Shown here: piece by piece, positions 17,703 through 27,896 of the stretch | How the letters are laid out: each line of letters opens with the position of its first letter | Position numbering within the stretch: position 1 is the first letter of the stretch | Source: Chloroflexales bacterium | Lineage (GTDB): Bacteria; Chloroflexota; Chloroflexia; Chloroflexales; Chloroflexaceae | Length of the DNA: 42,076 bases | NCBI GenBank assembly: GCA_037140315.1 | Contig: JBAXES010000001.1 | Span: 1 to 42,076, forward strand | Reading direction: 5' to 3' | The notes under the pieces: model-generated | The model's input: only the letters and a program-made list of their open reading frames with translations | The model's database searches: none | What the model was told of the DNA's origin: nothing | Made by a program: the position numbers and the translations under genes

Positions 17703-20372
17703 ATGCAAGTTGGACAGACAATCACCGGCATGAGCGGTACGTACTACCTGCGTAAGCCACTTGGCACACCTGGGCTCTACGGGCAAGCATTCCTTTGCAC
17801 TAGCGTTCAGGAGAAAGATTTTGTGGTCAAGGCGATACGGGCTGATGCGCCGAGCGATGCACGTAAGCGCCTCGACGATGAGGCACAGACGCTTAGCGCG
17901 GTTGCGGCAGCTGAAGATATCGCCGGGGTACACTATGCGGTGCGCCTGATTGATCGCAGTGCTGGCAGCGAACCAGAGGCATTCATCGTGATGGAGCGCG
18001 CCACCGGTGTCAATGTACTCGATGACATCCTTGCTGACGTGGGTGACTGGAATAGTGGCGGCCTTGATGAGTTGCTCACATTGCGGATCATGCGGGCCTT
18101 CGCAGACGCGCTGTGTCATGTCCATCAGGCACAGCGACTCTATCTCGATATGAAGATCGACAACCTCTTCTGGGATGATGATAGCGACGAGCTTCGAATT
18201 ATCGACTGGAATGTTGTTGGCGATCTGCGCGAAAGCAGCAGTGGCGTCGCTGGCGATTGGGCTCGCTTCGGAGCGCGACTCTATGAGATGCGTACCGGCC
18301 AACGGATCGGCATCGACCGTGATGGAACCATGATCGGTAATGGACCGAATGGCCCGCGCTGGGATGCGCTCCCCGCCGGGATCCGTACGATCATCAGTCG
18401 GGCGCTTGCCCTTGGCTATTCTAGCGATGAGCAGATCCTCAACGATCTCAATCGGGAACTTGAACACACCCGTCTCGGCGCAAGCTGGGATCGCTTGCTG
18501 TCGATCTCCGAGATCGCCGATGGCAATAACGCGCCACCGATCGATGTGCTGGCACCACTTTCGCGTGCGGCTACGATTGTCAATACGTTGCCACCCTCTG
18601 GTGCGCGTAGCGACGCGCTTGCGCAGATCAGCCGCCTTGAGCGTCACGCCAATGAGCGCCAGGGTCGTGTGGCCGAAGAGACGCTCAAGAGCGCATTCAG
18701 ATTGCTCAGCACTGGTAACGTGAGCGTAGCACTCAGCCAGTTCCAACGCGCCTACCAGGTTTCAGGCCAGAACGACCCACGCCCGCGTCGCGGCATATGG
18801 ATCGCTCAGATCGCTGCTGCGAACCCACAAGCCTATGCTGGTGTGGCGAAGGATCTTGAGGAGGCAGTCGAGCTGCTTAATCTGCCGCAGCCCTCGCTGG
18901 GGGACCTCAACAGTAGCATGCGCCGCCTGAATATCGTCGCGGAGGATGTTGGCACAGCACCTACCTTCAATTACCTGCAGAGCGAGGTGCGACTGAAGCA
19001 TACGCACGTTGAAAAAGGGGCAGCTGCTGCGCTTGCGCGAAAGGCTGAGTTTGTTGAGCTTTGCCGGGAGTATCCTGATCTCGAAGCCTACTTCACTCAA
19101 ATCGAGGAAGAGCGGCGCACCGCCGCACGCCGCGTCACCGCTGATGCGCAGCATGCCAAGTTTACAGCGGAGCTAGCCGCTAGCCGTGAGCAGGTGCGCG
19201 CTATTACGCTACAGCTATCTTATGGCGAGCGAATAAAGCGCTATGAGGCCCTTTGCCAATTGCTACACACAGTCGATGATCTCGAAGCGATTAAAGAATG
19301 CGGCGATCTCCAGGCAATGATCGACGATCTGCGCCCGATCAACGAACTCAATGAGATCATAGCAGAGGCACAGAATGTTCGTACCAATGATCTGCAGAAT
19401 TTGGAGGCATTCTATCGTCGGGTCAGTGCGACCAACCTCGCCCCTATTGCTAATCAGCTCGTGGAATATAGTCGGATGAAGGCGTGGGCGCAACTTAGCA
19501 CGGCCATCAAGCATCAGCAGAGTGAGGTGCTATCGGCGCTGCAGCAACAAAGCAGCGCCTTGAGCGGATTCAAGACGAGTGTTGAGCAAATTTCTACCTT
19601 GAGCCACCGCCTCAGGGCGATCGAGGAGAGTCTTGCGAACGCAGGTGATGCATTGCCAAGCCGTAGCCAGCCCGTCGATCCGTCTGCCCAAACCCACCTG
19701 CTGACCTTTCTCTACGAGGTCAATACGATCCGTGATCAGATTGAAGCTGGTTTGCTCTCGAATGCAACCGAGCGAATGAGACGGGTTCGTAGTCAGTATG
19801 TAGGGTCGCAGATGCCTAGCGACTATGAGCAGCGGATTGAGCGGCGGAAAAAAGCAGCTGATCTGGCATGCCAGAGGTTTGATGCGGCAATGAATCCGGG
19901 CACGGAGATCGACTTCAACGCGGCGATTGAAGCGTATCGTGAGATGCTGCGACTCTGGGTCGATAATGGACAGTTCTATCAGAAGGGCGAGATGATCATT
20001 GAGCGGGTGGTCGAATCATTGGGAGTAGCGGTATCTATTCCGTATACTAGCGTAAATGTGAAGCTCTTTCAGGAGCGTGCCGAGAATATTAATCTATTCT
20101 TCAAGGAGGTCAATGATGCGAGTAAGCGCACTATTGACTACCAGGGAGATCAGGTGGTGATCAATAGCCTCCGTGACGATATGTCGAAGGCATTGCATGT
20201 GATGACTGCACTCAGCGATGCGTTCTTGAAAGGACATCTTCATGAGAAGCAATTGGCAGGATTTCGCAATGCACATGCGTACCTTAAGCAATTTAAGAAC
20301 GCGCCATCTCAGCTCCTCAAAATGCTTGATGTGCTGGCTAAAAGCTTTGGCCCCATGGGTAGGATATCTTGA
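17703..20372 (+). CDS. Atypical soluble Ser/Thr kinase-fold protein with long helical/coiled-coil C-terminus
   Basis: LGTPGLYGQAF, VVK, E of helix C, FIVMERATG, YLDMKIDN, IIDWN; ATG 17703 follows GAGG. Confidence 0.85.
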   Translation: MQVGQTITGMSGTYYLRKPLGTPGLYGQAFLCTSVQEKDFVVKAIRADAPSDARKRLDDEAQTLSAVAAAEDIAGVHYAVRLIDRSAGSEPEAFIVMERATGVNVLDDILADVGDWNSGGLDELLTLRIMRAFADALCHVHQAQRLYLDMKIDNLFWDDDSDELRIIDWNVVGDLRESSSGVAGDWARFGARLYEMRTGQRIGIDRDGTMIGNGPNGPRWDALPAGIRTIISRALALGYSSDEQILNDLNRELEHTRLGASWDRLLSISEIADGNNAPPIDVLAPLSRAATIVNTLPPSGARSDALAQISRLERHANERQGRVAEETLKSAFRLLSTGNVSVALSQFQRAYQVSGQNDPRPRRGIWIAQIAAANPQAYAGVAKDLEEAVELLNLPQPSLGDLNSSMRRLNIVAEDVGTAPTFNYLQSEVRLKHTHVEKGAAAALARKAEFVELCREYPDLEAYFTQIEEERRTAARRVTADAQHAKFTAELAASREQVRAITLQLSYGERIKRYEALCQLLHTVDDLEAIKECGDLQAMIDDLRPINELNEIIAEAQNVRTNDLQNLEAFYRRVSATNLAPIANQLVEYSRMKAWAQLSTAIKHQQSEVLSALQQQSSALSGFKTSVEQISTLSHRLRAIEESLANAGDALPSRSQPVDPSAQTHLLTFLYEVNTIRDQIEAGLLSNATERMRRVRSQYVGSQMPSDYEQRIERRKKAADLACQRFDAAMNPGTEIDFNAAIEAYREMLRLWVDNGQFYQKGEMIIERVVESLGVAVSIPYTSVNVKLFQERAENINLFFKEVNDASKRTIDYQGDQVVINSLRDDMSKALHVMTALSDAFLKGHLHEKQLAGFRNAHAYLKQFKNAPSQLLKMLDVLAKSFGPMGRIS

Positions 20373-20406
20373 GGTTTAGCTTCTGCTAACTTACTCGCCT
20401 TCTGTA

Positions 20407-21759
20407 TTGCCGATTAGCATTGAGGCCGATCTGATGAGTGGATTAACTGCCTCGAGCGAACAAATTCGCACGCTTACACGTCGATATGACGATCTTACGG
20501 CGGATCTAGATTGGTCGCTTGCTGCAGAGTTGCCCAGTGGGCAAGCCTTGCTCAACGACGTCAAAAGTGCAGAGGAGGCCCTGGTTGCTGACTGGCGACA
20601 GGTTCTTGTACAGATACGCACACTACGCAAAGGTGAGATTGACCCGATCGATGCGCTCGTGAAGGCTGCACACGATCTTGCTAGGTTGCGCCGCCAAATG
20701 GATGGGGAGCGAGAACCGCTGACTACCGATGTTGCATCAGTCATTGTGCAATCTGCACGATTGATCAACGGGGGGCACTATGAGGCGGCGCTGAATCTGC
20801 TCTCGATGCTTGAGGTGAGTGATCTGCGAAAGAAGCTGATCAAGGCACGTGCCAAGCTGATTCCGGAGATCTCGCTCACACAGTTTGGTTTGCTTGGCAC
20901 ACTCTTTCTCATTGTCATATCAAGCCTCGTGGCGGGCCTGTTCACATTACGCACGGTACAGCAGATTGTGCCACCGCCCATGTCCTCAACGGCGGTGGCT
21001 GTCAATCAAGCCACGGTGACACCCACGGTGACACCCACGGTGACACCCACGGTGACACCCACGGTGACACCCACAGTGACACCCACGGCGGCACCTGATA
21101 CTGGGCTTTCCCTTGATACGCTCGACAGCACGAATATCTCGCTCGAAGGGCAGGAAATCGCAGAGTTGACTAAGCTTTCGGGCGAGGTCGTGGTCACTGC
21201 CGTGTTGACAAATGCCACAGGAGAGAGGCTAGTCGTCGCATCTGCGCCAATCACGCTGACGAAGGCCCCGACCCAATTGAGGCTTGTCGCATCTGATACG
21301 GTGCCCCTGATCGACACTGATAAACTTGCAGCGCTCGTCGGTAACACGAACCAGCTCACCATAACTGTCGAACTCAGCGATACGCTCACCCTGACGCGCA
21401 GCGTCTCTGTCAGGACTGCGACCATAATAGATCCTCAGCCCTCTGGTCAGAGTAGTGCTGGGGTGAGTAGCGACTACTTCCTTATGCAGGGGCAGGGCTA
21501 TGTGCGAGATACCCAAGGACATGCGCTGCTCGTGATACTCCCAAAGGCTGATACTAAACCTAAGGACATACCAGACCCCACTCTTGCATTGGCGGCTGGC
21601 GACACGGTGCTTGTACTTGGCAAGGCGAAGGGCTCTGACGGTAAGCCCGTCTATTACATCCGCGTTAGGGGCATTGCCGATATCGCACGGAAGAACCAAC
21701 CTAGTCTACCAGAAACAAAGCTGACTGGTTGGATCCCGGCAACCTATATTGGGGAATGA
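20407..21759 (+). CDS. Single-pass membrane protein: cytoplasmic helical N-domain, (TPTV)n stalk, C-terminal SH3-like domain
   Basis: TM FGLLGTLFLIVISSLVAGLF; LAAGDTVLVLG...YYIRV...TGWIPATYI is SH3b-like. Start uncertain (20407 TTG or 20434 ATG). Confidence 0.75.
   Translation: MPISIEADLMSGLTASSEQIRTLTRRYDDLTADLDWSLAAELPSGQALLNDVKSAEEALVADWRQVLVQIRTLRKGEIDPIDALVKAAHDLARLRRQMDGEREPLTTDVASVIVQSARLINGGHYEAALNLLSMLEVSDLRKKLIKARAKLIPEISLTQFGLLGTLFLIVISSLVAGLFTLRTVQQIVPPPMSSTAVAVNQATVTPTVTPTVTPTVTPTVTPTVTPTAAPDTGLSLDTLDSTNISLEGQEIAELTKLSGEVVVTAVLTNATGERLVVASAPITLTKAPTQLRLVASDTVPLIDTDKLAALVGNTNQLTITVELSDTLTLTRSVSVRTATIIDPQPSGQSSAGVSSDYFLMQGQGYVRDTQGHALLVILPKADTKPKDIPDPTLALAAGDTVLVLGKAKGSDGKPVYYIRVRGIADIARKNQPSLPETKLTGWIPATYIGE
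21013..21084 (+). repeat. 12-bp tandem repeat x6 encoding (TVTP)6
   Basis: acggtgacaccc x5 followed by acagtgacaccc. Confidence 0.95.
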
Positions 21760-24700
21760 TCATGGAAGAGATACTTGCATCGCTAACCCGGGCAGATCGT
21801 AAGCTCTCTAGCGGTGACTTTGATGGTGCCGAGAACGAATACCGCAGCGCCCTTGATCAATCTGAGAAGGAGCATCTGAACGAACTGGCCAATCGCGCCT
21901 CAGAGGGGATCAAGCAGGCGCGCCGTGCACGCTCGCGTACTAGCGAGTTGTCTGTAGCTGAGGCTGAAGTTCTCCAGGTACTCCACAATACCGGCGGAGA
22001 TCAGGCTCGCTTACGTACCAGCAAACTGTCCGTAGCTGAGGTAGCGACGGCGGTGCATACACCGCAGCAGGAGGTGTTACTTAACGAGTACCGCAGCGCA
22101 GATAGTGATGAGCGTCGTATCCTCTCGTTACGTTGTCTAATTGACGATAGCTTCGCCCAGTTGATCGATAGCCAAACCACTCATGATCGCTATGTTGCGC
22201 TGCTGAGTATATTGCGCACCCGCATGCTTCAGGATGCGCGCGAATTAGTCGATAAGGGCCGACGCAAACTTGAAGAGGCCCTAAATAGCTCGGTACTCAC
22301 TGATGTGCAGCGCGCGGAGGTGATAGCAAACTATTTTCAAGCTGGTGAGATCATCGAGGGGAAGAAGCTCGACTTCCCAACGGACAATGGCGATGCGTCA
22401 GTTCACGCCGCTATCGCTAGTATTCGAAGTGATCTACGTAACGACGGACAATTAGACAGCATCAATGAAGAGATCCGCCAGTTACGCAATGATCTGCCGA
22501 AAGCTGGGCATGTTGTGAGCAGTCGCCTAGCTACCTCGACACCGAGTGAGCCCTCCAGTGCGCCTCCCTCCAAGGCTATAGTTGCGCCTGCGTCGACGCC
22601 ACCTTCTGGCCGCGGGCGCAAAGTGACCACGACGAAAGCAGCATCTGATGCAACGCTTTCGAGCCAGCAACGTGAGAGCCAACACGCTGAAGCACTTGTT
22701 GCACGTGCCGAGGTTCGTCTGCGACGTCCAACAACAGCCAGCTATAAAGAGGCGATCGATCTGATCAAGGAGGCGCTCAGCATGAGCGTTTTGGATGCTG
22801 AACAGCGCGTTCGCATCCAAATTCGCCTAGCTGAAGTTGAGCAAAACTATACGACATTCCGCGACCGATTCGGTCAACTCGTCACTGCACGCCAGATCGA
22901 TCAAGCTGAGGAAGAGTTGATCGTGACGCTCATGCTGATGAATGCGGGGGCGCAGGATGGCCCTGATGGCGAGAATTTGGCCGACAAATATAACCAGGTC
23001 TCGAAAAAGCTGCGCGACGATCTGCTGCGCGTCGCCAGCGAGCGTGTCGCCTTGGCGGATCGCCATCTGATCAATGGGCGTGACTTTCTTGATCTTGGCC
23101 CGATGCAGGCCGCGCAGAAGTGCTTTGATGAGGCGATGACTCTGCTTAACGGCGAGCAGATCGGCGATCTGAGTGGGCAGATTACATCTGAGCGGCGCAC
23201 GGCGATCCTCGGCGTGCGCAAGACGGTCTCGGAGCTGTTGCGCCGCGACCATCGGCTGAGTGACTACGAGGCGCGAAAGACAGAGGTCGAGCGCGCAACT
23301 GCGTTAATCGAGCGCGTAAAGCCAATTTACACCAAAGCTGAGGCGGAATTTAATAATCGTCGCTACATCCAAGCCTGGATACTTGTCGGCCAGATGAAAT
23401 CAACCCTTGGGAATGACTTCGCGAGCCAGACCGTCGAGACACTCAACACTCGTGCGACCACTGCGCGTGAGGATGAGCTATCTGCTGAGCTTCAGGTGAT
23501 CGCCGAGCAGGCGCAGAGCGCACTTGCCAATATGCAGATCAGCAAAGTTGAGGAGGCGGTATCGAAGGCGCTGTTACTCGACCCGCAATTCAAGACGACG
23601 CTAATCAACGCCAAACGCGATGAGATTCGCTCGTTGCTTGAGCAGGTGCGCAGCATTGAGCGCCAGATCGCTACGCTGCTCGGCCAGGCTCGCGATGCGC
23701 GTAGTAAGCGGGACTGGCCGTCTGCTGCCGCTGACGTTCGTCGTGCGCTCACCATCCGCCCTGACTCCACTGACGCCCGAGAATTACTCGACAACGTACT
23801 CTACGATAGCGCACTTGATACATTTACCGGCATCGAGCGTGAGCTTGAGAAGAACAACATTGATAGCGCGCAAATCACCGTACTGAAGGATCTTTTGGGC
23901 AATGACCGCCCGCTGATCGAGGAATTGAGCGACCCGCAGATTAAGCGCCGAGTCCACCAGATGGCTGAAGATCTACGTGAGCGCATCAACAAGCTTGTTG
24001 ATGAGACAGGTAAGAAGGAGGCTCAACGCGACAAGCTGGAGAACGCTTTACGTGAACTTGAGCGCAATATCAAGATTGCTGCATTCGAGACGGCTAATGG
24101 TTGGCTCCAGACAGCGCGTGAGCTAACCTCTAGCCAGAATCCACGGCTCGTGCGCCTTGAGACTGAGCTGCGCACTACATGGGGCGATGATCTGCGCCGT
24201 CGCACAAGGCAGGCCCTCGATGCATCACCATCTAAACCAACTGAGGCGATTGATCTTCTGAACTCGATCGACGAGCGCGGCTTGGCGAATGAGGAGTCAC
24301 TGGCCCTGCGCCGCCGCGCCGAGCGACTCCTCGCCCGACAAGAGGGCCTCGCCGCCTGTGATCGCGGCGATTTTTCCACCGCGCTCGATTGGCTGAGCAA
24401 GGCCGATCTGGATAATCCTGAGACGCTAGTGCTGCTCAATCAGACGCAGCGCAAAGAGGTCAACCGTCTCGCCGGGGTTGAGGACTGGGAGAAGATGCTC
24501 GCCATGATCCTGAGGATGGACTCGGGTGAGCAAAGCCTCGCGGGGCTGGTACGCCGCGGGCGGGGCGAGTTGGCGCTGCGAGCCTTTGTTGAGCATCTGC
24601 GCGAGAAGCGATTTGCTGATGGTGAGATCAAGCTCAACGAGGCGCTGGCCCAAAGGCTGCCCGACATTAACGAGCGTGTCATTGGGCTGCGCGACGAGCT

Positions 24701-25856
24701 GAACGGCGCACGAACGCTCTATCAGCGTATTGAAGCACGCATTAAGGAGGCTGAGGAGCTCAAAGATAGCTTCGATACGAATCGAAATCGCAAGCAGCTG
24801 CTTGAGGCGATCAAAGTGCTCAACCAGGCACTTGCTGATAGCGATCTACGGCCCGGCGATCGCCAGCGTGAGAGTGTGCAGAAACTGCGTGAAGAGTATC
24901 TGCGCATCTATCAACAACTGATCACGAGCGAGCGACTGCGACTGCTCGGTAAGGCGGATGTGTCTCTGCGCGATAACGATGTGGCCAGCGCACTGACGAG
25001 TTTCCGCGAGGTGCTGGAGATCATGCCCAGCGCCCAGGACCCTGAGGCAAGCGCCGGCGTCGAGCGCAGCCGTCAAAAGCTCGTAGAGCTGCGCGCCAAG
25101 CAGGTCGAAGATGTCGAGCGGCTGCTCAACTTGCGGCGCGGTGGACAGCTAGGGGTTATTCCCATCGAGATCACACGGACGATTGCCAAGGTCGAGCAGC
25201 TTCGTAACATCGAGGGTGATATTGTTGATAGCGCACTCAATAAAGCCTTGCGCGAGCTTCAGGAGGCGGAGCGGCTCTGCCAACAGGCTGATAGCGCGCT
25301 GAATGAGGCACGTAAGCGCTGGGGCACATTACGCAATGAGTCGCTCAGCGGTGGCACACTCGACCATCAAGAGATCGATGGTGATATCAACCGAGGCATC
25401 GGCTTTTTCTCAGACAAAACCTACATCCATATCGAGCTCGATCGCACCAGCCTTGAGAGTGTCTCGGCCCGGATTGGGCGCGACCTTGCCGATCTGAAGG
25501 ATGCACAGAACGCAGTCAATGAGTTCCGCAGGGGTATGGGCCACGAGCAGCGTAACAGCGATGAGTTGCTGAGTGTGTTCAATCGTTTGTCCGCTATTGA
25601 GGAGCGCCTGTACAAGAGTACGCTCAAACTGATCGAGCACGATCGCGTTGCTAGTGTGGCTCGCCCATCCAGTACTAACGAACGGTACCCGCGCCAAGCA
25701 GCCCTCGTACGGTCACTGCGTGAAGAAGTTGAGCGGCTGAAGGGTGACGAGAAGACTATCCCCGATCTACCCTCTCTACGCGCGTTAATGATCCGCCGTG
25801 CACAGAGCGAAGAACTGCTCAGACGACTCGACCCCGATCAGCGGTTCAGAGCGTAG
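21756..25856 (+). CDS. Very large alpha-helical (TPR-like/coiled-coil) protein
   Basis: ~1366 aa, no TM. TPR-like segments GDFDGAENEYRSAL, RDWPSAAADVRRALTIRPDSTDARELL, DVASALTSFREVLEIMP. ATGA overlap with the previous stop codon. Confidence 0.85.
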   Translation: MIMEEILASLTRADRKLSSGDFDGAENEYRSALDQSEKEHLNELANRASEGIKQARRARSRTSELSVAEAEVLQVLHNTGGDQARLRTSKLSVAEVATAVHTPQQEVLLNEYRSADSDERRILSLRCLIDDSFAQLIDSQTTHDRYVALLSILRTRMLQDARELVDKGRRKLEEALNSSVLTDVQRAEVIANYFQAGEIIEGKKLDFPTDNGDASVHAAIASIRSDLRNDGQLDSINEEIRQLRNDLPKAGHVVSSRLATSTPSEPSSAPPSKAIVAPASTPPSGRGRKVTTTKAASDATLSSQQRESQHAEALVARAEVRLRRPTTASYKEAIDLIKEALSMSVLDAEQRVRIQIRLAEVEQNYTTFRDRFGQLVTARQIDQAEEELIVTLMLMNAGAQDGPDGENLADKYNQVSKKLRDDLLRVASERVALADRHLINGRDFLDLGPMQAAQKCFDEAMTLLNGEQIGDLSGQITSERRTAILGVRKTVSELLRRDHRLSDYEARKTEVERATALIERVKPIYTKAEAEFNNRRYIQAWILVGQMKSTLGNDFASQTVETLNTRATTAREDELSAELQVIAEQAQSALANMQISKVEEAVSKALLLDPQFKTTLINAKRDEIRSLLEQVRSIERQIATLLGQARDARSKRDWPSAAADVRRALTIRPDSTDARELLDNVLYDSALDTFTGIERELEKNNIDSAQITVLKDLLGNDRPLIEELSDPQIKRRVHQMAEDLRERINKLVDETGKKEAQRDKLENALRELERNIKIAAFETANGWLQTARELTSSQNPRLVRLETELRTTWGDDLRRRTRQALDASPSKPTEAIDLLNSIDERGLANEESLALRRRAERLLARQEGLAACDRGDFSTALDWLSKADLDNPETLVLLNQTQRKEVNRLAGVEDWEKMLAMILRMDSGEQSLAGLVRRGRGELALRAFVEHLREKRFADGEIKLNEALAQRLPDINERVIGLRDELNGARTLYQRIEARIKEAEELKDSFDTNRNRKQLLEAIKVLNQALADSDLRPGDRQRESVQKLREEYLRIYQQLITSERLRLLGKADVSLRDNDVASALTSFREVLEIMPSAQDPEASAGVERSRQKLVELRAKQVEDVERLLNLRRGGQLGVIPIEITRTIAKVEQLRNIEGDIVDSALNKALRELQEAERLCQQADSALNEARKRWGTLRNESLSGGTLDHQEIDGDINRGIGFFSDKTYIHIELDRTSLESVSARIGRDLADLKDAQNAVNEFRRGMGHEQRNSDELLSVFNRLSAIEERLYKSTLKLIEHDRVASVARPSSTNERYPRQAALVRSLREEVERLKGDEKTIPDLPSLRALMIRRAQSEELLRRLDPDQRFRA

Positions 25857-25891
25857 GCAGAGCGGACAGCGGATACTATGGAGCATGGAGA

Positions 25892-26527
25892 ATGAGCGAA
25901 GGCGCAACATTCACGTACGACCAGCTTGATGCATGGGCTAAAATCGCCGACGAGGGCAAGCGTGTCCTGGCCTCCGCACAAGCTGTTGAGCAGCAAGCGC
26001 GCGACAACGAGGAGCGCAAGCTGCTGCGCCCAGCGGCTGAGCAGTATGATCAGGCGCTGCAAGAGTACAATAGCGCGATCAAACATCTTGAACAGCTCAT
26101 CGGGATCACCTTTGAACACGTCGCAATCGCGCAGATGGTGCGCGAGGCGAGTAGTAGCCTCGCCACCGCTCAGGCTCGCCGAGATCAGCTGGTTCGTGAG
26201 GAGCCAGCCATGCGCTGCCGCGACAAGGTCCTGGATGCGCAAAAGCTACAGCAAGAAGCCGATCAGTACCTACGCAGCGGTGAGCCAAATGAGGCGCGTG
26301 AGCGAGCGATCAAAGCGCGTGACCTCGACCTGACGCTCAGCGAGTGGGCAGACTCAATCCTGCGTGGTTCCGAATCCTCGATCACCAGCAGCAATCTCCC
26401 AGTTGGACCGATTATCATCGGTGTGATTATTGTGGTACTCATCGCGCTGGCCGTGATCTTTGGGCCAGGTTTGTGGTCGTGGGTAAGTGAGTTTCTCTTC
26501 CCCGCAGTGATAATCATCCGAGGATAG
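25892..26527 (+). CDS. Helical TPR-like protein with C-terminal membrane anchor
   Basis: QYDQALQEYNSAIKHL, GEPNEARERAIKARDLD; TM IIIGVIIVVLIALAVIFG; RBS GGAG. Confidence 0.8.
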   Translation: MSEGATFTYDQLDAWAKIADEGKRVLASAQAVEQQARDNEERKLLRPAAEQYDQALQEYNSAIKHLEQLIGITFEHVAIAQMVREASSSLATAQARRDQLVREEPAMRCRDKVLDAQKLQQEADQYLRSGEPNEARERAIKARDLDLTLSEWADSILRGSESSITSSNLPVGPIIIGVIIVVLIALAVIFGPGLWSWVSEFLFPAVIIIRG

Positions 26528-26529
26528 CT

Positions 26530-27381
26530 ATGCGTTACGCGATCCTGAGCGATATTCACGCGAATGTACTTGCTCTCGAAGCTGTGCTGGCCGACATCTC
26601 CGCTCAGGCGGTCGATGGCCTGCTCTACCTTGGTGATGCGATTGGCTATGGACCGCAGGCAGCGGAGACTATTACGCTGCTGCGCACGCACGTCAGCTCG
26701 TTGCCATGCCGAGTCGACGGGATCGCTGCCACAAGGCCGATCTGGGTACCTGGCAATCACGAGTGGGGTCTGCTCAATCGGACCGCCAATATGCGCGATT
26801 TCTACGAAGATGCGCTCGTCGTCCTTCTCCGTACACGTAATGAACTGAGCGCCGCCGACCTTGATCTGCTCGCCCTCCTGCCGCAGCGCATTGAGATCAC
26901 GCTAGATAACATCTCGGCAGTGCTTGTCCATTCATCAGGCAGCGATCCGGTTGGCACGCACCAATACATCACAAACGAGGTCATCGCTGCCGATGAGATC
27001 GATCTGCTCGGCGGCCAGATCAACTTCGTTGGTCACACACACGTGCCAAGTGTCTTCTACGAGAGCAACAACTATAGTGGCAAACGGCGCATCTGGCAGC
27101 GTGAGCAGATGATTACCGAGGACGACGAAGCTGAGACTATCTTCGTGCTAGATATGAACAGCCGCGCCATTCTTAATCCGGGCAGCGTCGGGCAGCCCCG
27201 TGATGGTGACCGACGTGCGTCCTATGCTATCTTCGACGGTGAAGTTGGCAGCTTCACCGTGCGCCGGGTGGACTATGACATCGCAGAGGCCCAGGCACGC
27301 ATCCAGAAATGGCTCGGCGATGCTATTAGCAACCTCGACAGCGAAGAGGGGCTCGCTGGACGCCTCGCGCTGGGGCTGTGA
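26530..27381 (+). CDS. Calcineurin-like metallophosphoesterase (Metallophos_2 type)
   Basis: SDIHAN, GDAIGYGP, GNHE, VH, GHTH, NPGSVGQPRDGD. Confidence 0.95.
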   Translation: MRYAILSDIHANVLALEAVLADISAQAVDGLLYLGDAIGYGPQAAETITLLRTHVSSLPCRVDGIAATRPIWVPGNHEWGLLNRTANMRDFYEDALVVLLRTRNELSAADLDLLALLPQRIEITLDNISAVLVHSSGSDPVGTHQYITNEVIAADEIDLLGGQINFVGHTHVPSVFYESNNYSGKRRIWQREQMITEDDEAETIFVLDMNSRAILNPGSVGQPRDGDRRASYAIFDGEVGSFTVRRVDYDIAEAQARIQKWLGDAISNLDSEEGLAGRLALGL

Positions 27382-27422
27382 GTTTCTAGTCCCTTCATTC
27401 TATCTAGCACAGGAGTACTACA

Positions 27423-27881
27423 ATGCCGAGACTCAATGATGTACGCACCCGGATCGAGCTTGAGGTCGTCGTTGACAGGGCGGTCGATTGTGAGGAGCTG
27501 CAGCGCGATCTCTCCGATATTCTTGCCACAGTGCAGCGGGAGATGGAGATCAGCCTCTGCCCGGGCGAAAGCGCGGATCATGAGGAACCTGAGGTTCGCG
27601 GTGGAGTGAGGGACTTCGTCGGTATTGCGGATCAAGGGGTCATCTTCATCTTCCACTTGGCGCAATTGATCATCGTGCTGCCCCAAGCGGAAATCATACT
27701 CCGCGAGTATATCGGACGAATCATGAGTTTTCTACGCAAATACAATGCGAAGATCACCCATAAAGAAGTCGAGCCACAGGTTAGAGTTGCCGACCTGTCG
27801 GATAGTGATGAGGAGAAACGCGAAGAAATACTTAGATTGATAATGAAACTCCTCTCCGAGGATGAGGACGGAGATAAGTAG
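27423..27881 (+). CDS. Small hypothetical protein, EACC1-like (protease-associated) architecture
   Basis: RBS AGGAG; helix, then EPEVRGG linker, then hydrophobic hairpin (VIFIFHLAQLIIVL), then acidic helical tail; lies directly before a caspase-like gene. Confidence 0.6.
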   Translation: MPRLNDVRTRIELEVVVDRAVDCEELQRDLSDILATVQREMEISLCPGESADHEEPEVRGGVRDFVGIADQGVIFIFHLAQLIIVLPQAEIILREYIGRIMSFLRKYNAKITHKEVEPQVRVADLSDSDEEKREEILRLIMKLLSEDEDGDK

Positions 27882-27896
27882 GGTTTGCCGCCATTC

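Noticed and set aside
17607-18746. 379-aa minus-strand ORF and other long antisense ORFs (2483-3247, 10854-11525, 34497-35369, 38608-39411)
   Set aside because: Shadows of well-supported + strand genes in GC-rich DNA; no recognisable motifs.
20373-20406. Possible frameshifted fusion of the kinase with the downstream membrane protein
   Set aside because: The downstream frame has TAG at 20377-20379 and there is no slippery site; treated as two genes.
21013-21084. Tandem repeats here and at 28525-28611 as a possible CRISPR array
   Set aside because: No spacers, unit lengths are multiples of three within ORFs, and no cas genes are present.
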